Shown here: one piece after another, positions 21,997-32,000 of the stretch
Layout of the letters: every line of letters begins with the position of its first letter
Numbering within the stretch: position 1 is the stretch's first letter
Assembly: GCF_018389705.1 (NCBI RefSeq)
Contig: NZ_CP065581.1
Span: forward strand, 30,001 to 62,000
Direction of reading: 5' to 3'
Source: Mycoplasma mycoides subsp. capri
GTDB lineage: Bacteria > Bacillota_I > Bacilli_A > Mycoplasmatales > Mycoplasmataceae
Length of the DNA: 32,000 nucleotides
The notes under the pieces: generated by a model
Seen by the model: only the letters and a program-made list of their open reading frames with translations
Told to the model about the DNA's origin: nothing
The model's database searches: none
Translations under genes and position numbers: made by a program

Positions 21997-22276
21997 TGTT
22001 CTAAATTATTAAATTTTTTATTTTAAGTATTAAACAATATCAAATTATTATAAATAAAACAAGATTACTTTCTAATTCTTGGTGCTAATAAAAATTTAAA
22101 TTTGGGAAATTATATAATTTTATTGTATGGTAAATAGTTAAATTAAGGGCATGATGTATCAGATAAATTTGAATATAAATTTTAGAAATTTTATTAAAAG
22201 TAAGTATAGTCTTTGAAAATTGTTTATTAGATATTTTATGTCTAAATTTAAAATACCTAAATAAACAGGAGAATAT

Positions 22277-23263
22277 ATGAAAGTTATATTTTTTGGGGTA
22301 AGAGATTCAGAGGTTCAATTTTTTGAAAAACTAAAAAATAAATACAACTATGAATTAACATTAGCTCAAGGGGTTTTAACACTAGATAGAATTGATCTAA
22401 TTAAAGATCATAATTGTGTTATTGTTAGAGGTGCTGATAAATTAGATAAAACTTTATTACAAGCTATTAAAGATCAAGGTGTTGAATATGTCTTTACTAG
22501 AACAGTTGGATTTGATCACATTGATATTCCAACAGGACACGAACTTGGATTTAAAATGGCTAGAGTAGCTTCTTATTCACCAACTGCTATTGCTGAATTG
22601 GCATTTAGTTTAGCTCATAGTTTATCTAGAAAATCAGCTTATTGAGCATATCAATCAGTTAATAAAAACTTTAAGATGGATCAATATGGATTTTCTAAAG
22701 AATTAAAAAATAGTGTTGTTGGTATTATTGGAACTGGACGTATTGGTTATGAAGCAGCTAAAATGTTTAAAGCTTTTGGTTGTGAAGTTTTAGGTTATGA
22801 TATTAAACCAAATAGTAATTTTGAAGATGTAATTAAATATGTTGATTTAGATTATGCGTTAGCTAATGCTGATATTTTAAGTTTTCATATGCCTTATATT
22901 AAAGGGCAAAACGATAAACTGATCAATAAAGAATTGATTAGTAAAATGAAAGATGGAGCTATTTTAATTAATACTTCACGTGGTCAAATCCAAGATGAAC
23001 AAGCTATTTTAGATGCTATTAAATCTAATAAATTAGCTGGAGCTGGATTAGATGTTTGAAATACAGAAAAAGATTATTTATTTAAAACTTTAGATAGTAT
23101 AGATGATCCAGTTATTAAAGGATTATTAGATTTATATCCAAAAGTTTTATTAACACCACACATTGGTTCATATACAGATGAAGCAGCCTCAAATATGATC
23201 GAATACTCATTAGATAATTTAAATGAATATTTAACAACTGGGGATTGCAAAAATAAATTATAG
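22277..23263 (+). CDS. D-2-hydroxyacid dehydrogenase (D-lactate dehydrogenase-like)
   Basis: MKVIFFGVRDSEVQFFEKL...VVGIIGTGRIGYEAAKMFKAFGCEVLGYDIKPN...[36 protein letters not shown]...PHIGSYTDEA. Confidence 0.88.
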
Positions 23264-23281
23264 AATGAGTTAAGGAGATAT

Positions 23282-24406
23282 ATGAACGGGGTTAAAGAAG
23301 CTTTTATTCAGACCATGACTAATCAAAAATTATGAGGAGCAATTGTTGCTACAATAGTTACTATTTTATTAAGTTATGGCTTAACAAAAGCAAACATATT
23401 AAAAAAGGAATGAAAAGCAGGATTAGTTAAAGTAGTTATGACAATTGCAGTTCCAGCACTTGTTTTAACTGGATTTATGAAAACTGCAAACATTCAACAA
23501 TTAAAAGAACAAGGTGTTGTTTTAGGAGTTTCATTTGCATTTTATATTCTTTTAAATCTTATTGCATTTTTATGAAGTAAATTTGCACCAAATTTTGCTA
23601 AAAAATCAGCAGAAATGATTCAAGATAATAAAGCATTAAATTCTGATGGTTCAATGAGTCAAAGTCGTGCTTTAATTATGTGAATGATGATTATTTTTGG
23701 TTCAACTACATTTTTTGGATTTCCAATTATCCAAGCTATTTATCCAAATTCTGGGTTCGTAGCTGCTAACATTTGAAATATTGCTTATAGAGTATTTTCA
23801 TATTCATTTTGCTTTATGATGATTTCAGGTGTTAAATGATCAAAGAAAAACTTTAAAGATGCTATGAAAAAGACATTTGTTAATCCTATAGTTATTTGTA
23901 CTTTTTTAGGATTAATCTTATGATTAACAACTTTAATTCCAGGTCAAAGTTTTGGAGAAAACTTTAAAACAGTTGAAAAAGGTGGTGTTGCTTGATTTGA
24001 GTTTGGTAAAACTTTACCAATAATTCATACACCACTTCAAAAACTAGGTGCCTTAGCAGCCCCTATTACTTGAATTGCGATTGGTATTACTTTAGCAAGT
24101 TCTGATATTAAAAAAGCAGTTAAAGATAAATGAGTATGAATATTTAGTATTCAAAAACTAGTTTTATTACCTTTATTTGTATTTTTAATTTTCTTAGCAT
24201 TAAACAAAACTGGAGTAGTTTCAAAAGAAGTAGCAGTTTCAATGGTAATACTTGCTGCAACTCCACCAGCAACAGTTGTAGTATTATATGCTATTCAATA
24301 TAAAATGCGTGATGAATTTGCAGCTCAATGTTCAACACTAACAACTTTATTAGCAGTTATAATGTTACCTTTATGAGTTGTAATTAGTAGTATAGCTTTT
24401 ATATAA
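23282..24406 (+). CDS. AEC-family (auxin efflux carrier/malate permease-like) transporter
   Basis: 374 aa with TGA=Trp, multiple TM segments: WGAIVATIVTILLSYGLTKANILKK, KVVMTIAVPALVLTGFM, WMMIIFGSTTFFGFPIIQAIYP. 18 nt downstream of the dehydrogenase. Confidence 0.7.
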
Positions 24407-24422
24407 AATAAATTTATAACAG

Positions 24423-24448
24423 AGTGAAGTTAAAGACTTCACTTTTTT
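24423..24448 (+). terminator. Intrinsic terminator
   Basis: AGTGAAGT-TAAAG-ACTTCACTTTTTT. Confidence 0.8.
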
Positions 24449-24596
24449 ATTGTTTTAAAATGCGCCTTAGTAATGTGTTTTTTATGAAAAATCAAAAAAT
24501 TAAAATTGACTTAAAATCATAGCTATTAAACATATTTTAAAAAGATATTTAACAAAAATGCTAAAGAATTTAAAATATTTTTTACATTAAATTCGA

Positions 24597-24659
24597 CAAA
24601 TTTGGTAAACTTTTAATGTCAAATTTGGTAAACTTTTATTAACTAATTTGGTAAAATAA
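24597..24659. repeat. Three direct repeats with 23-nt period upstream of the DUF4143-type ATPase gene
   Basis: CAAATTTGGTAAACTTTTA at 24597 and 24620, CTAATTTGGTAAAATAA at 24643. Confidence 0.7.
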
Positions 24660-24721
24660 TTTCAATTATTTCTACAAATATTTATGTGAAACTTAAATAA
24701 GATTCGATAAAAAGAGGGGTT

Positions 24722-26008
24722 ATGATGAAAATAAACAATGATAATTATATTCCTAGAATAATGGATAAAATTATACAAAAATATCTTAAAATAGCAGGTG
24801 CAATTTGCGTTGAAGGGCCTAAGTGATGCGGTAAAACATGAACATCGAGACAAAACTCAAATAGTGAATTTCTTGTTGGTAGTGCAGCTAATGCTTTTTC
24901 TAATAGACAATTAGCTATTCTTAATCCTGAATATGTGTTAAAAGGAGAGTTCCCAAGAATGATAGATGAATGACAAGAAGTTCCTAGTTTATGAGATGCT
25001 ACAAGAGAAGAAGTAGATAAATATAGTAAAAATGGCCTTTTCATTTTAACTGGCTCATCAACTCCAACCCATAAAGGTGTATTACATAGCGGAGCTGGAA
25101 GAATTGTAAGACTTAGAATGAACACCATGACATTATTTGAGTCGGGAGATTCTACTGGCATACTATCTCTTAAAGATCTTTTATTAGATGATATTAAAAC
25201 TGAATATGTTGATGAATTAGATTTTAAGAAATTAGCTTATCTTATTGTTAGAGGTGGATGACCTAAAAATATAAAAACTAGTTTTGATGATTGTGAAGTG
25301 TTACCAAGGTCATATATTGACTCTATTTTAGAAAGTAAATTATTAGATGAAAATGATAATGCATACAATTCAAACTATATTAAATTGATTTTAAAATCCT
25401 TAGCAAGAAATGTATCTACTACTGTTAGTGAGCGTTCAATAATTAATGATATTTCTCAAAATGAAGTTGATTCAATTTCACGTCCTACTTTATCTAAATA
25501 TTTGGATTTTTTAAATAATATGTTCTTATTTAGCAATTTAGAACCTTACTCTTTAAATCCAAGATCTTCTTTAAGAGTAAAACGACAAGAAAAAAGATAC
25601 TTTTGTGACCCATCTTTAGCTTGTGCTTTATTAGATTTAACACCTAATAAAATAATGAGTGATTTGAATTTATATGGTTTATTATTTGAAGGATTAGTGA
25701 TAAGAGATTTAAAAGTTTATGCTCAAGCAAATGATGCTAAAGTTTATCATTATCAAGATTATTTAGATAATGAATTAGATGCTGTCATTGAATTTAAAAA
25801 TGGTGAATGATGTGCTATTGAAATAAAATTGGGACTTAATCAAGTAGAACAAGCAGCAAAGCAATTAAACAAAGCAATTGATGCTATAACTAGAAGTAAA
25901 AATAAACCACCTATTAATAAATGTATAATAGTTGGATTTGGTAATTTAGTATATAAAAGAAAAGAAGATGGAATTATTGTAATTCCAATCAATGCATTAA
26001 AAGATTAA
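24722..26008 (+). CDS. AAA_14 / DUF4143-family ATP-binding protein
   Basis: With TGA=Trp: Walker A EGPKWCGKTWTS, Walker B-like RMIDEWQEVPSLWD, GGWPKNI, SRPTLSKYLDFLNNMFLF, C-terminal nuclease-like YLDNELDAVIEFKNGEWCAIEIKLG. Confidence 0.88.
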
Positions 26009-26011
26009 AAA

Positions 26012-26040
26012 AAACCAAGATTTGTAAATCTTGGTTTTTT
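26012..26040. terminator. Bidirectional terminator between convergent ATPase gene and ftsH
   Basis: AAACCAAGATTT-GT-AAATCTTGGTTTTTT. Confidence 0.8.
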
Positions 26041-26050
26041 GTTTATATTA

Positions 26051-27994
26051 TTATTTTTCTTTATCTTCTTCTTTAACATCATTGATATCTAAATCAATAA
26101 TTTTTCCAGAATTTATTTTTTCTTGTTCTTGTTTGTATTTTTCTTTTTCATGAATTACAGCTTCTGGAAGTTTTTTGTTTTTGTTGATGTAATCAATTTG
26201 TTCAGCTGTAATAGTTTCTAATACTCTTAATGATTCGGCTAATAATTCTAAAGTTTCCATATTTTCACTAATTACTTTAATAGCTAATTTATATGATTCT
26301 TCTAGAATTCTTTCAACTTCAGCATCAATTTTAGCAGCTGTTTTTTCTGAATAACTACCTTCAGTTTTTCCATAAGCTTCATCAGCCATAGTTAAGAATT
26401 TAGTAATACCTAATTCTGACATACCAAATTGCATTACCATTCTTCTAGCAATAGCAGTAGCTTTATCAAAGTCATCATGAGCTCCAGTAGTTACATTATC
26501 TTTACCAAATTTAATTTCTTCAGCAGCTCTACCACCTAGATATCCAGCGATCATAGCATATAGATCAGTTTTTGATGAAAATAGTGTTTCATCTTTTGGA
26601 GTCATTATAGTATAACCACCAGCATTACCACGTGGAATAATTGTAACTTTTTGTACTTTTGAAGCACTTTCTAGTTTTAATCCAATTAAAGCATGACCAG
26701 ATTCATGATAAGAAACAATCTCTTTATCATGCATTGTCATAGCACGTGATTTTTTAGCAGGTCCACCAACTACTCTATCAATAGCTTCATCAATTTCATT
26801 TATACCAATTACAGTTTTACCTTCTCTAACCATTAATATAGCAGCTTCGTTTAAAACATTTTCAAGTTGTGCACCTGAAAATCCTGGAGTTCTTTCAGCA
26901 ATTCTATGTCAATCAATTGATGGATCAATTTTTTTATTTCTTGCGTGAAGTTTTAAAATTTGTTCACGTTCTTTAATATCTGGTAGAGAAACTTGAATAA
27001 CTCTATCAAAACGACCAGGTCTTAATAAAGCAGGATCTAATACATCAACACGGTTAGTTGCAGCCATTACAATAATTCCTGAATTAGTTTCAAATCCATC
27101 TAATTCAACTAATAATTGGTTTAGAGTTTGTTCATTTGTTCCTGTACCAATTGCTGAATTACGTTTTCTACCAACAGCATCAATTTCATCAATAAAAATA
27201 ATTGCAGGAGCAGCCTTTTTAGCTTCATTAAACATTTCTCTAACTCTACTTGCACCAACCCCAACAAACATTTCTTCAAATTCTGAACCAGCTATAGAAA
27301 AGAAAGAAACATTGGCTTCACCTGCTACAGCTTTTGCTAGTAAAGTTTTACCTGTTCCAGGAGGTCCTTCCATTAAAACTCCTTTTGGAGCTCTAGCACC
27401 AGCTGATGCATATTTAGCAGGTTGTTTTAAATAGTCAACTAGTTCTACTAATTCTGATTTTTCTTCTTCAATACCAGCAACATCACTAAATTTAACATTA
27501 GATTTTTCTCTACGTGCTTTATTTTTACCCATACCAAATAAACCATTAGCACCAGCACCAGCTGCTCCACCTTTAGCCATAAAGTAAAATAAACCAATGT
27601 AGAATAAAATTAAAATTAGCATTGGTAATAATGATGAAAGTAATGAGAACCAAGATGACTCAGTATAACGAGTAGTATTAGAACGTCATACAAAATTTTT
27701 AAAAGCATCACTAAAACCATTAATAGCATTTGGATTTGTATTAACAGTAAATTTAGTTCAACCACTTCCATTGTTATATCATCCAGTGATTATATCTATA
27801 CCTTGGATATTATTACGCTGCAAAACAACATTATTAAATGGTTTACCTTGATCAAATAAATTATTTAATTGTTCAATAGTTAAATTTTGAGTAGTTCCTC
27901 TAGAAGTTATACTAATAACTGATAGTAAAATTATAAAACCTACTATTAGAATTATTCAAAACCAAAACGTAGATTTTTTCTTCTTTTTGTTCAT
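26051..27994 (-). CDS. ftsH: ATP-dependent zinc metalloprotease FtsH
   Basis: [60 protein letters not shown] zinc motif, N-terminal TM; 647 aa with TGA=Trp, ATG 27994. Confidence 0.97.
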
Positions 27995-28103
27995 CTGTTT
28001 CTCCAGTCTATTTAATGTCCATAATATTTAATATTATCACATCCAAATATAAATAATGACGGCTTTATCATTGTAGTTTTTAAATTGGTATTTTCTATGT
28101 TAT

Positions 28104-28109
28104 TATAAT
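28104..28109 (+). promoter_or_regulatory. TATAAT -10 box of the small RNA candidate
   Basis: TATAAT at 28104-28109; no strong -35. Confidence 0.5.
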
Positions 28110-28114
28110 ATTGG

Positions 28115-28211
28115 TAAGACGTAGGGAATGAAGAATATCTTGATCGTATGTACTATTAAGTGCAGAGTACGGGCACCCCTATGCTGGAAGGAGACTATGT
28201 CTCCTTTTTTT
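28115..28211 (+). ncRNA. Structured small RNA candidate (possible homolog of M. capricolum MCS4 / U6-like RNA), or a terminator-type 5' leader
   Basis: Closing stem CGTAGGG (28120-28126)/CCCTATG (28177-28183). Stem GTACT (28150-28154)/AGTAC (28166-28170). Loop GTGC (28160-28163) can pair with GCAC (28173-28176). Terminator AAGGAGAC-TAT-GTCTCCTTTTTTT (28188-28211). The GC content is locally much higher than neighbouring intergenic DNA. Confidence 0.6.
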
Positions 28212-28225
28212 AAAGTGGTGATTTT

Positions 28226-29071
28226 ATGACTTATTATTTAAATTTTTATTTAGATGAAAGTGGTAATGCTATTTCTGATTTTTTTGTTGTTGGTGGATTT
28301 TATTTAAATGATTCTGATTATTCAAATATTCAAATTCATGAATCTAAAATTAAATCTAATATTTTAAAAACTGAAAAATCAATTAGAGAATATAGAAACA
28401 CTGTTGAAACTGATTTAAAACCTTATGATAGCAAAAAAGAAGTTAAGTGAAACAGTTTATCTTTAAGTAATAAAAAGGCCTTATCATCAAAAATTAGATT
28501 CAACAACCAAACTAATATTGCTATGGTTAGTAGTTTAAAAAACTGAGATTCAAAGTATGGTAAAGAAATCAAAATAGAAGCAATTTATAATATGATGGTA
28601 AAAAATTTAATAGAAAGAACTATTAAATCTTTATCAAGTCAAAAAGTAATTAATAATAAAGATATTTTAAATATAAAAGTTTATATTGATCAAAGGAAAA
28701 CAATGATCAAAACTAAAAATAAACAACAAAAATTAGAAGCTTTAGAAGGATATATAAAAACAGAATTTTATTGAAACTTACACTTTAAAGATATTCAAAT
28801 AAAAGTTGTTCAGTTTGAATCAAATTCTCATCCTTTAATTAGATATGCTGATTATTTTGTTGGAAGTATTGCTAGTATGTGTCATTTTTTAAATCATTCA
28901 AATAAATCTTGATACCAACAAGCAGATGTTGTTTTTGAACAAATACATAAAAAAGTACCTTGTATTTGTAGTCAAACTATTATTAATCAATCAAGTGTTG
29001 TTAAAAAATTGATTAATTTATGTAATCAAAATAATCAAATCAGAGAATCAAAAACTAATAATGCTTTTTAA
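28226..29071 (+). CDS. DUF3800-family protein
   Basis: MTYYLNFYLDESGNAISDFFVVGGFYL (DESG motif), central IKVYIDQRK, HPLIRYADYFVGSIASM; in frame with ORFs 28226-28450 and 28592-28774 via TGA(Trp). Confidence 0.78.
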
Positions 29072-30260
29072 TTTTATTTAAAATAACTTTATCTTTAACA
29101 TTATATACAACAGGTGATAACAACCTAGTTTTATAACTTATTTTTCTATCTATAAAATAACGGTTAGTTTTTTTATTTGCAATTGTTGTTATTGATTTAT
29201 ACATTTCATAGCTATTTGTAATTACATAACTAAAATTTTTATCTCTTAAAATGATTTGTTCAATTTCTTTAATATTTTTAAAACTTGTTTGATTAATTAA
29301 ATCATTTAAATCGTTAATAATAATAGTTTTTGGTTCTAATAAACTATTTTTAATAACAAATAACTTATTATAATCTTTAATTAAACTATGATCATTTAAG
29401 TTAATTTTTCAATAATTTTTATTTGAATTAATTAGTCTTTTTACTATTTCACTAATAGTTTTATTACTTCTATTTAATAATAGATTTTCTTTATTAATTA
29501 ATTTAAAGTATGTATAAATTATTCTTTGAATATAAGTTTGATCTAATAAAAAAAGTTCTTTTGTTAAATTAAGTTCGTTATTAATAATATTATTTTTTAA
29601 ATAGTTATCAACTATTTTTTTTGTGCTGTTTAAATTATTATTTGATTTATTAATTTGATCTAAGATTTTAGTAAAGTTATTTTCATTTAAAGTTGCTCTA
29701 ATTTTATTTCTTTGATATTTAGTATTACTATTAGTTGAATCAATTGCATAACTAATTTTATTAGTGTTTAAATAGTTAAGAATTTCAGATTTTTTAATAT
29801 CTAATAAAGGTCTATAGACTACAAGATCTTTATAATGACTAACAGGTTTTAACCCATAATAATCAACTAAATTATTTCTTTGTAATTGTAATAAATAAGT
29901 TTCAATTAAATCATTTAAATTATGAGCAACTAACAGATTATAAATTTGATATTTAGATGCAATCACATTAAAAAAATCATAACGTTGTACTCTAGCTCAA
30001 GATTCAAAATTTTGTTTTAATAAACTATAATCTTTATTTATATTTAATATTTCTAGTTTTAAATTAAATTGTTTACATAAATTAGTAACAATCATTTGAT
30101 CATTGTTTGAATCTGATCTAAAGTTATAATTAACATGACAAACTACTAAATTATTTGGATCAACTATTTTAACAACATTACACAATAAAAAAACACTATC
30201 AGGTCCACCTGATACTGCTATTAGGTATTTTTTAGATTTATTAATATTAAACAAGCTCAT
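29055..30260 (-). CDS. tilS: tRNA(Ile)-lysidine synthetase
   Basis: PP-loop KYLIAVSGGPDSVFLLCNVVKI, CHVNYNFRSDSNNDQ; ORF fragments 29409-29966 and 29997-30260 joined by TGA(Trp). Stop TAG 29057-29055, overlapping the DUF3800 gene 3' end. Confidence 0.9.
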
Positions 30261-30262
30261 AA

Positions 30263-31090
30263 TTATTCAATTTTTAAAGTTTTAATTATTTTTTCAAAAC
30301 GGTCGTGATCTTTAGTTAAGATTCTATTAAATAGAACCTGAACAACATATAGTAAAGAAAAGTTTGCAGAATGCTTAATTTTTTGTAATGGGTCAGCATC
30401 AGTAACTGCGTATTTAATTCAATAATCACAAACACTAGAATATTTGTTTGGTTTATTCATTGAAATTAATCCAATTCTAGAACCATTTTTCTTTAATTGA
30501 ACAATTGATTGATAAGTAGTAATGTTTTCTGCAAAGTGAGAAATAACAATAAATACTCAAGATGAATCAGAAATTTTAGTATAGTAATCTAATAAATCTT
30601 GTTGATTAATGATTACTGGTGGAATACCAATTAGATTCATCTTTTCAGCAAGCTCAGTAACAGCATGATTTACACTATTATCATAAGAAATTAAAGCAAC
30701 AGTTTTAGTGTTATAAATTGCTTTAACTAGCTTGTCAACTTGGTTTGTTTCAATTAAAGCATCAGTTGCATTAATAGCTTTACTAATTTCTTCAAATTTA
30801 GAAATTTTTTTATCTTTGTTTTGAAGTAAAAGTCTATTTTGTTCTTCTTGTTGATTTAAATAAACTCTTAATAAAGTTTGAAGTTCACTAAACCCTGAAA
30901 TATCTAAATGTCTTTGACAAAATCTAGTAATAGTAGCTGGAGAAGTATAAGTGATTTGAGCTACTTTTGAAATAGTTGAATTAGTAATTAATTCAATGTT
31001 ATCTAAAATGATTCTACTAGTAATTCCAGATGCACTAGAGTGCTCTTTTGATAATTGATCAAGTTTTAAAATTAATTTTGTAACATCCAT
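30263..31090 (-). CDS. MurR/RpiR-family transcriptional regulator
   Basis: N-terminal HTH STISKVAQITYTSPATITRFCQRHLDISGFSELQTLL; C-terminal SIS-like region WVFIVISHFAENITTYQSIVQLKKNGSRILGLI. Confidence 0.85.
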
Positions 31091-31141
31091 ATACTTATTC
31101 TTTCTATTTGAATTATATAATACTTCCTAGTATTTAATATA

Positions 31142-31864
31142 CTAGTCGTGAAAGTATTTTAACAATTCATCAGTATAAGTTTCATCATCATTATGTGTAA
31201 TTAAAGTTGGTAATAATTCCATTCCTTCATTTCCTTGATATATTCCATCTAATAAAATCATTTTTGCATTATCTATTTTTTTAGATTGAATTAATCTTAA
31301 TCTTTTTGGATAAATATTATATTTATAAAATAAATTAATAATTTCACTTAGTCTTTCACTTCTATGAACTATAGTAAAATTACCTTTATTTTTTAAACAT
31401 CTAGAAGCACTTTTAATAATATCTTCTAAAGTAATTAATAATTCATGTCTAGCATTAGCAACTTCTAAAGAAATTTCTTTTAGTTTAGGATTACCATCCA
31501 TTTTAAAAAAAGGAGGATTACATACAACTAAATCAAATTCTTGATTATGTAATTTACTAAACTCTTTAATATCAGCATGTACAATTTCAATTTGATCTTC
31601 TAAGCCATTTAACTTAATATTTTGTTTTGCTATTTCAACTGCTTTATGTTGAATTTCAACTCCAATGATTTTTGCTTTTGTGTATTTAGATAAAATCAAA
31701 GGAATAACAGCATTATTAGTCCCAAAATCACAAATCTTTTTTTTCTTACTATTTAAATTACAAAATCTAGCTACTAATACACTATCTAAAGTAAAATTAA
31801 ACATCTTATTATCTTGATATAATTTTCTATTTTTATATCCTAATAAATCATTTAAAACTTTCAT
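31142..31864 (-). CDS. TrmN6/YfiC-like tRNA1(Val) adenine N6-methyltransferase
   Basis: SAM-binding CDFGTNNAVIPLILSKYTKAKIIGVEIQ and catalytic NPPFFK motif. Confidence 0.8.
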   Translation of the reverse strand: MKVLNDLLGYKNRKLYQDNKMFNFTLDSVLVARFCNLNSKKKKICDFGTNNAVIPLILSKYTKAKIIGVEIQHKAVEIAKQNIKLNGLEDQIEIVHADIKEFSKLHNQEFDLVVCNPPFFKMDGNPKLKEISLEVANARHELLITLEDIIKSASRCLKNKGNFTIVHRSERLSEIINLFYKYNIYPKRLRLIQSKKIDNAKMILLDGIYQGNEGMELLPTLITHNDDETYTDELLKYFHD

Positions 31865-32000
31865 TAAATTTGTTCTACAATTCTAATTAAATAATTATCT
31901 ATAGCTATATTTGTAAGTGGTAAAAATTTTAGATCATCTAATAATTCTAAAGTACAACTAATTAAATTAGTAAATTGATAAATAATAGTTCTATTATATG
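31864..32000 (-). CDS. C-terminal end of DNA polymerase III delta' subunit-like protein (cut by window edge)
   Basis: Minus-strand reading ...NRTIIYQFTNLISCTLELLDDLKFLPLTNIAIDNYLIRIVEQI*, with the stop overlapping the next start (TAATG). Assignment rests mainly on the common holB-yfiC gene order. Confidence 0.4.
   Translation of the reverse strand, partial: YNRTIIYQFTNLISCTLELLDDLKFLPLTNIAIDNYLIRIVEQI

Noticed and set aside
24662-25161. Minus-strand ORFs 24662-24853 and 24745-25161 (63 and 138 aa)
   Set aside because: Antisense to the DUF4143 ATPase, whose Walker motifs are convincing on the plus strand.
24449-26050. Mobile element (insertion sequence) carrying the DUF4143 gene
   Set aside because: No transposase or terminal inverted repeats seen; the direct repeats are on one side only.
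28115-28211. SRP (4.5S) RNA, tmRNA or tRNA identity for the small RNA
   Set aside because: No GGUCAGG...GGAAGG...AGCAGCC SRP loop, no tmRNA tag/tRNA-like ends and no cloverleaf; the GCTGGAAGGAG match to SRP is too short.

Overview
AT-rich Mollicutes window, most likely from the Mycoplasma mycoides/capricolum group. Genetic code 4 (TGA=Trp) applies: many ORF-track fragments join in frame when TGA is read as Trp. Minus strand, left to right: srlD-like dehydrogenase (partial), MtlA-type PTS IICB, an AlbA_2/AAA_4-type regulator, rpsR-ssb-rpsF, a cold-shock protein, an ABC ATPase, hslO, two tandem paralogous ~1050-aa exported proteins, ftsH, tilS, an RpiR-type regulator, a TrmN6-like methyltransferase and a probable holB 3' end. 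Plus strand: an NAD(P)H flavodoxin/azoreductase-like protein, a 1795-aa FtsX-like ABC permease, a DUF285-type surface protein, a D-2-hydroxyacid dehydrogenase, an AEC-family permease, a DUF4143/AAA_14-type ATPase and a DUF3800-type protein. The most interesting signals are non-coding. (1) Arrays of ATATC (reverse GATATAATAAA) boxes with nearly perfect ~10.6-11 nt helical spacing lie upstream of both the AlbA_2 regulator and the PTS operon. (2) A compact, pseudoknot-capable small RNA candidate with its own promoter and terminator lies between ftsH and the DUF3800 gene, and its 3' half resembles eukaryotic U6 snRNA (possibly the MCS4 RNA reported from M. capricolum). (3) A 20-A tract lies between the -35 and -10 of a surface-protein gene, a likely phase-variation switch. 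(4) Three 23-nt-period direct repeats lie upstream of the DUF4143 ATPase gene. All assignments are by eye; no database search or folding program was run.
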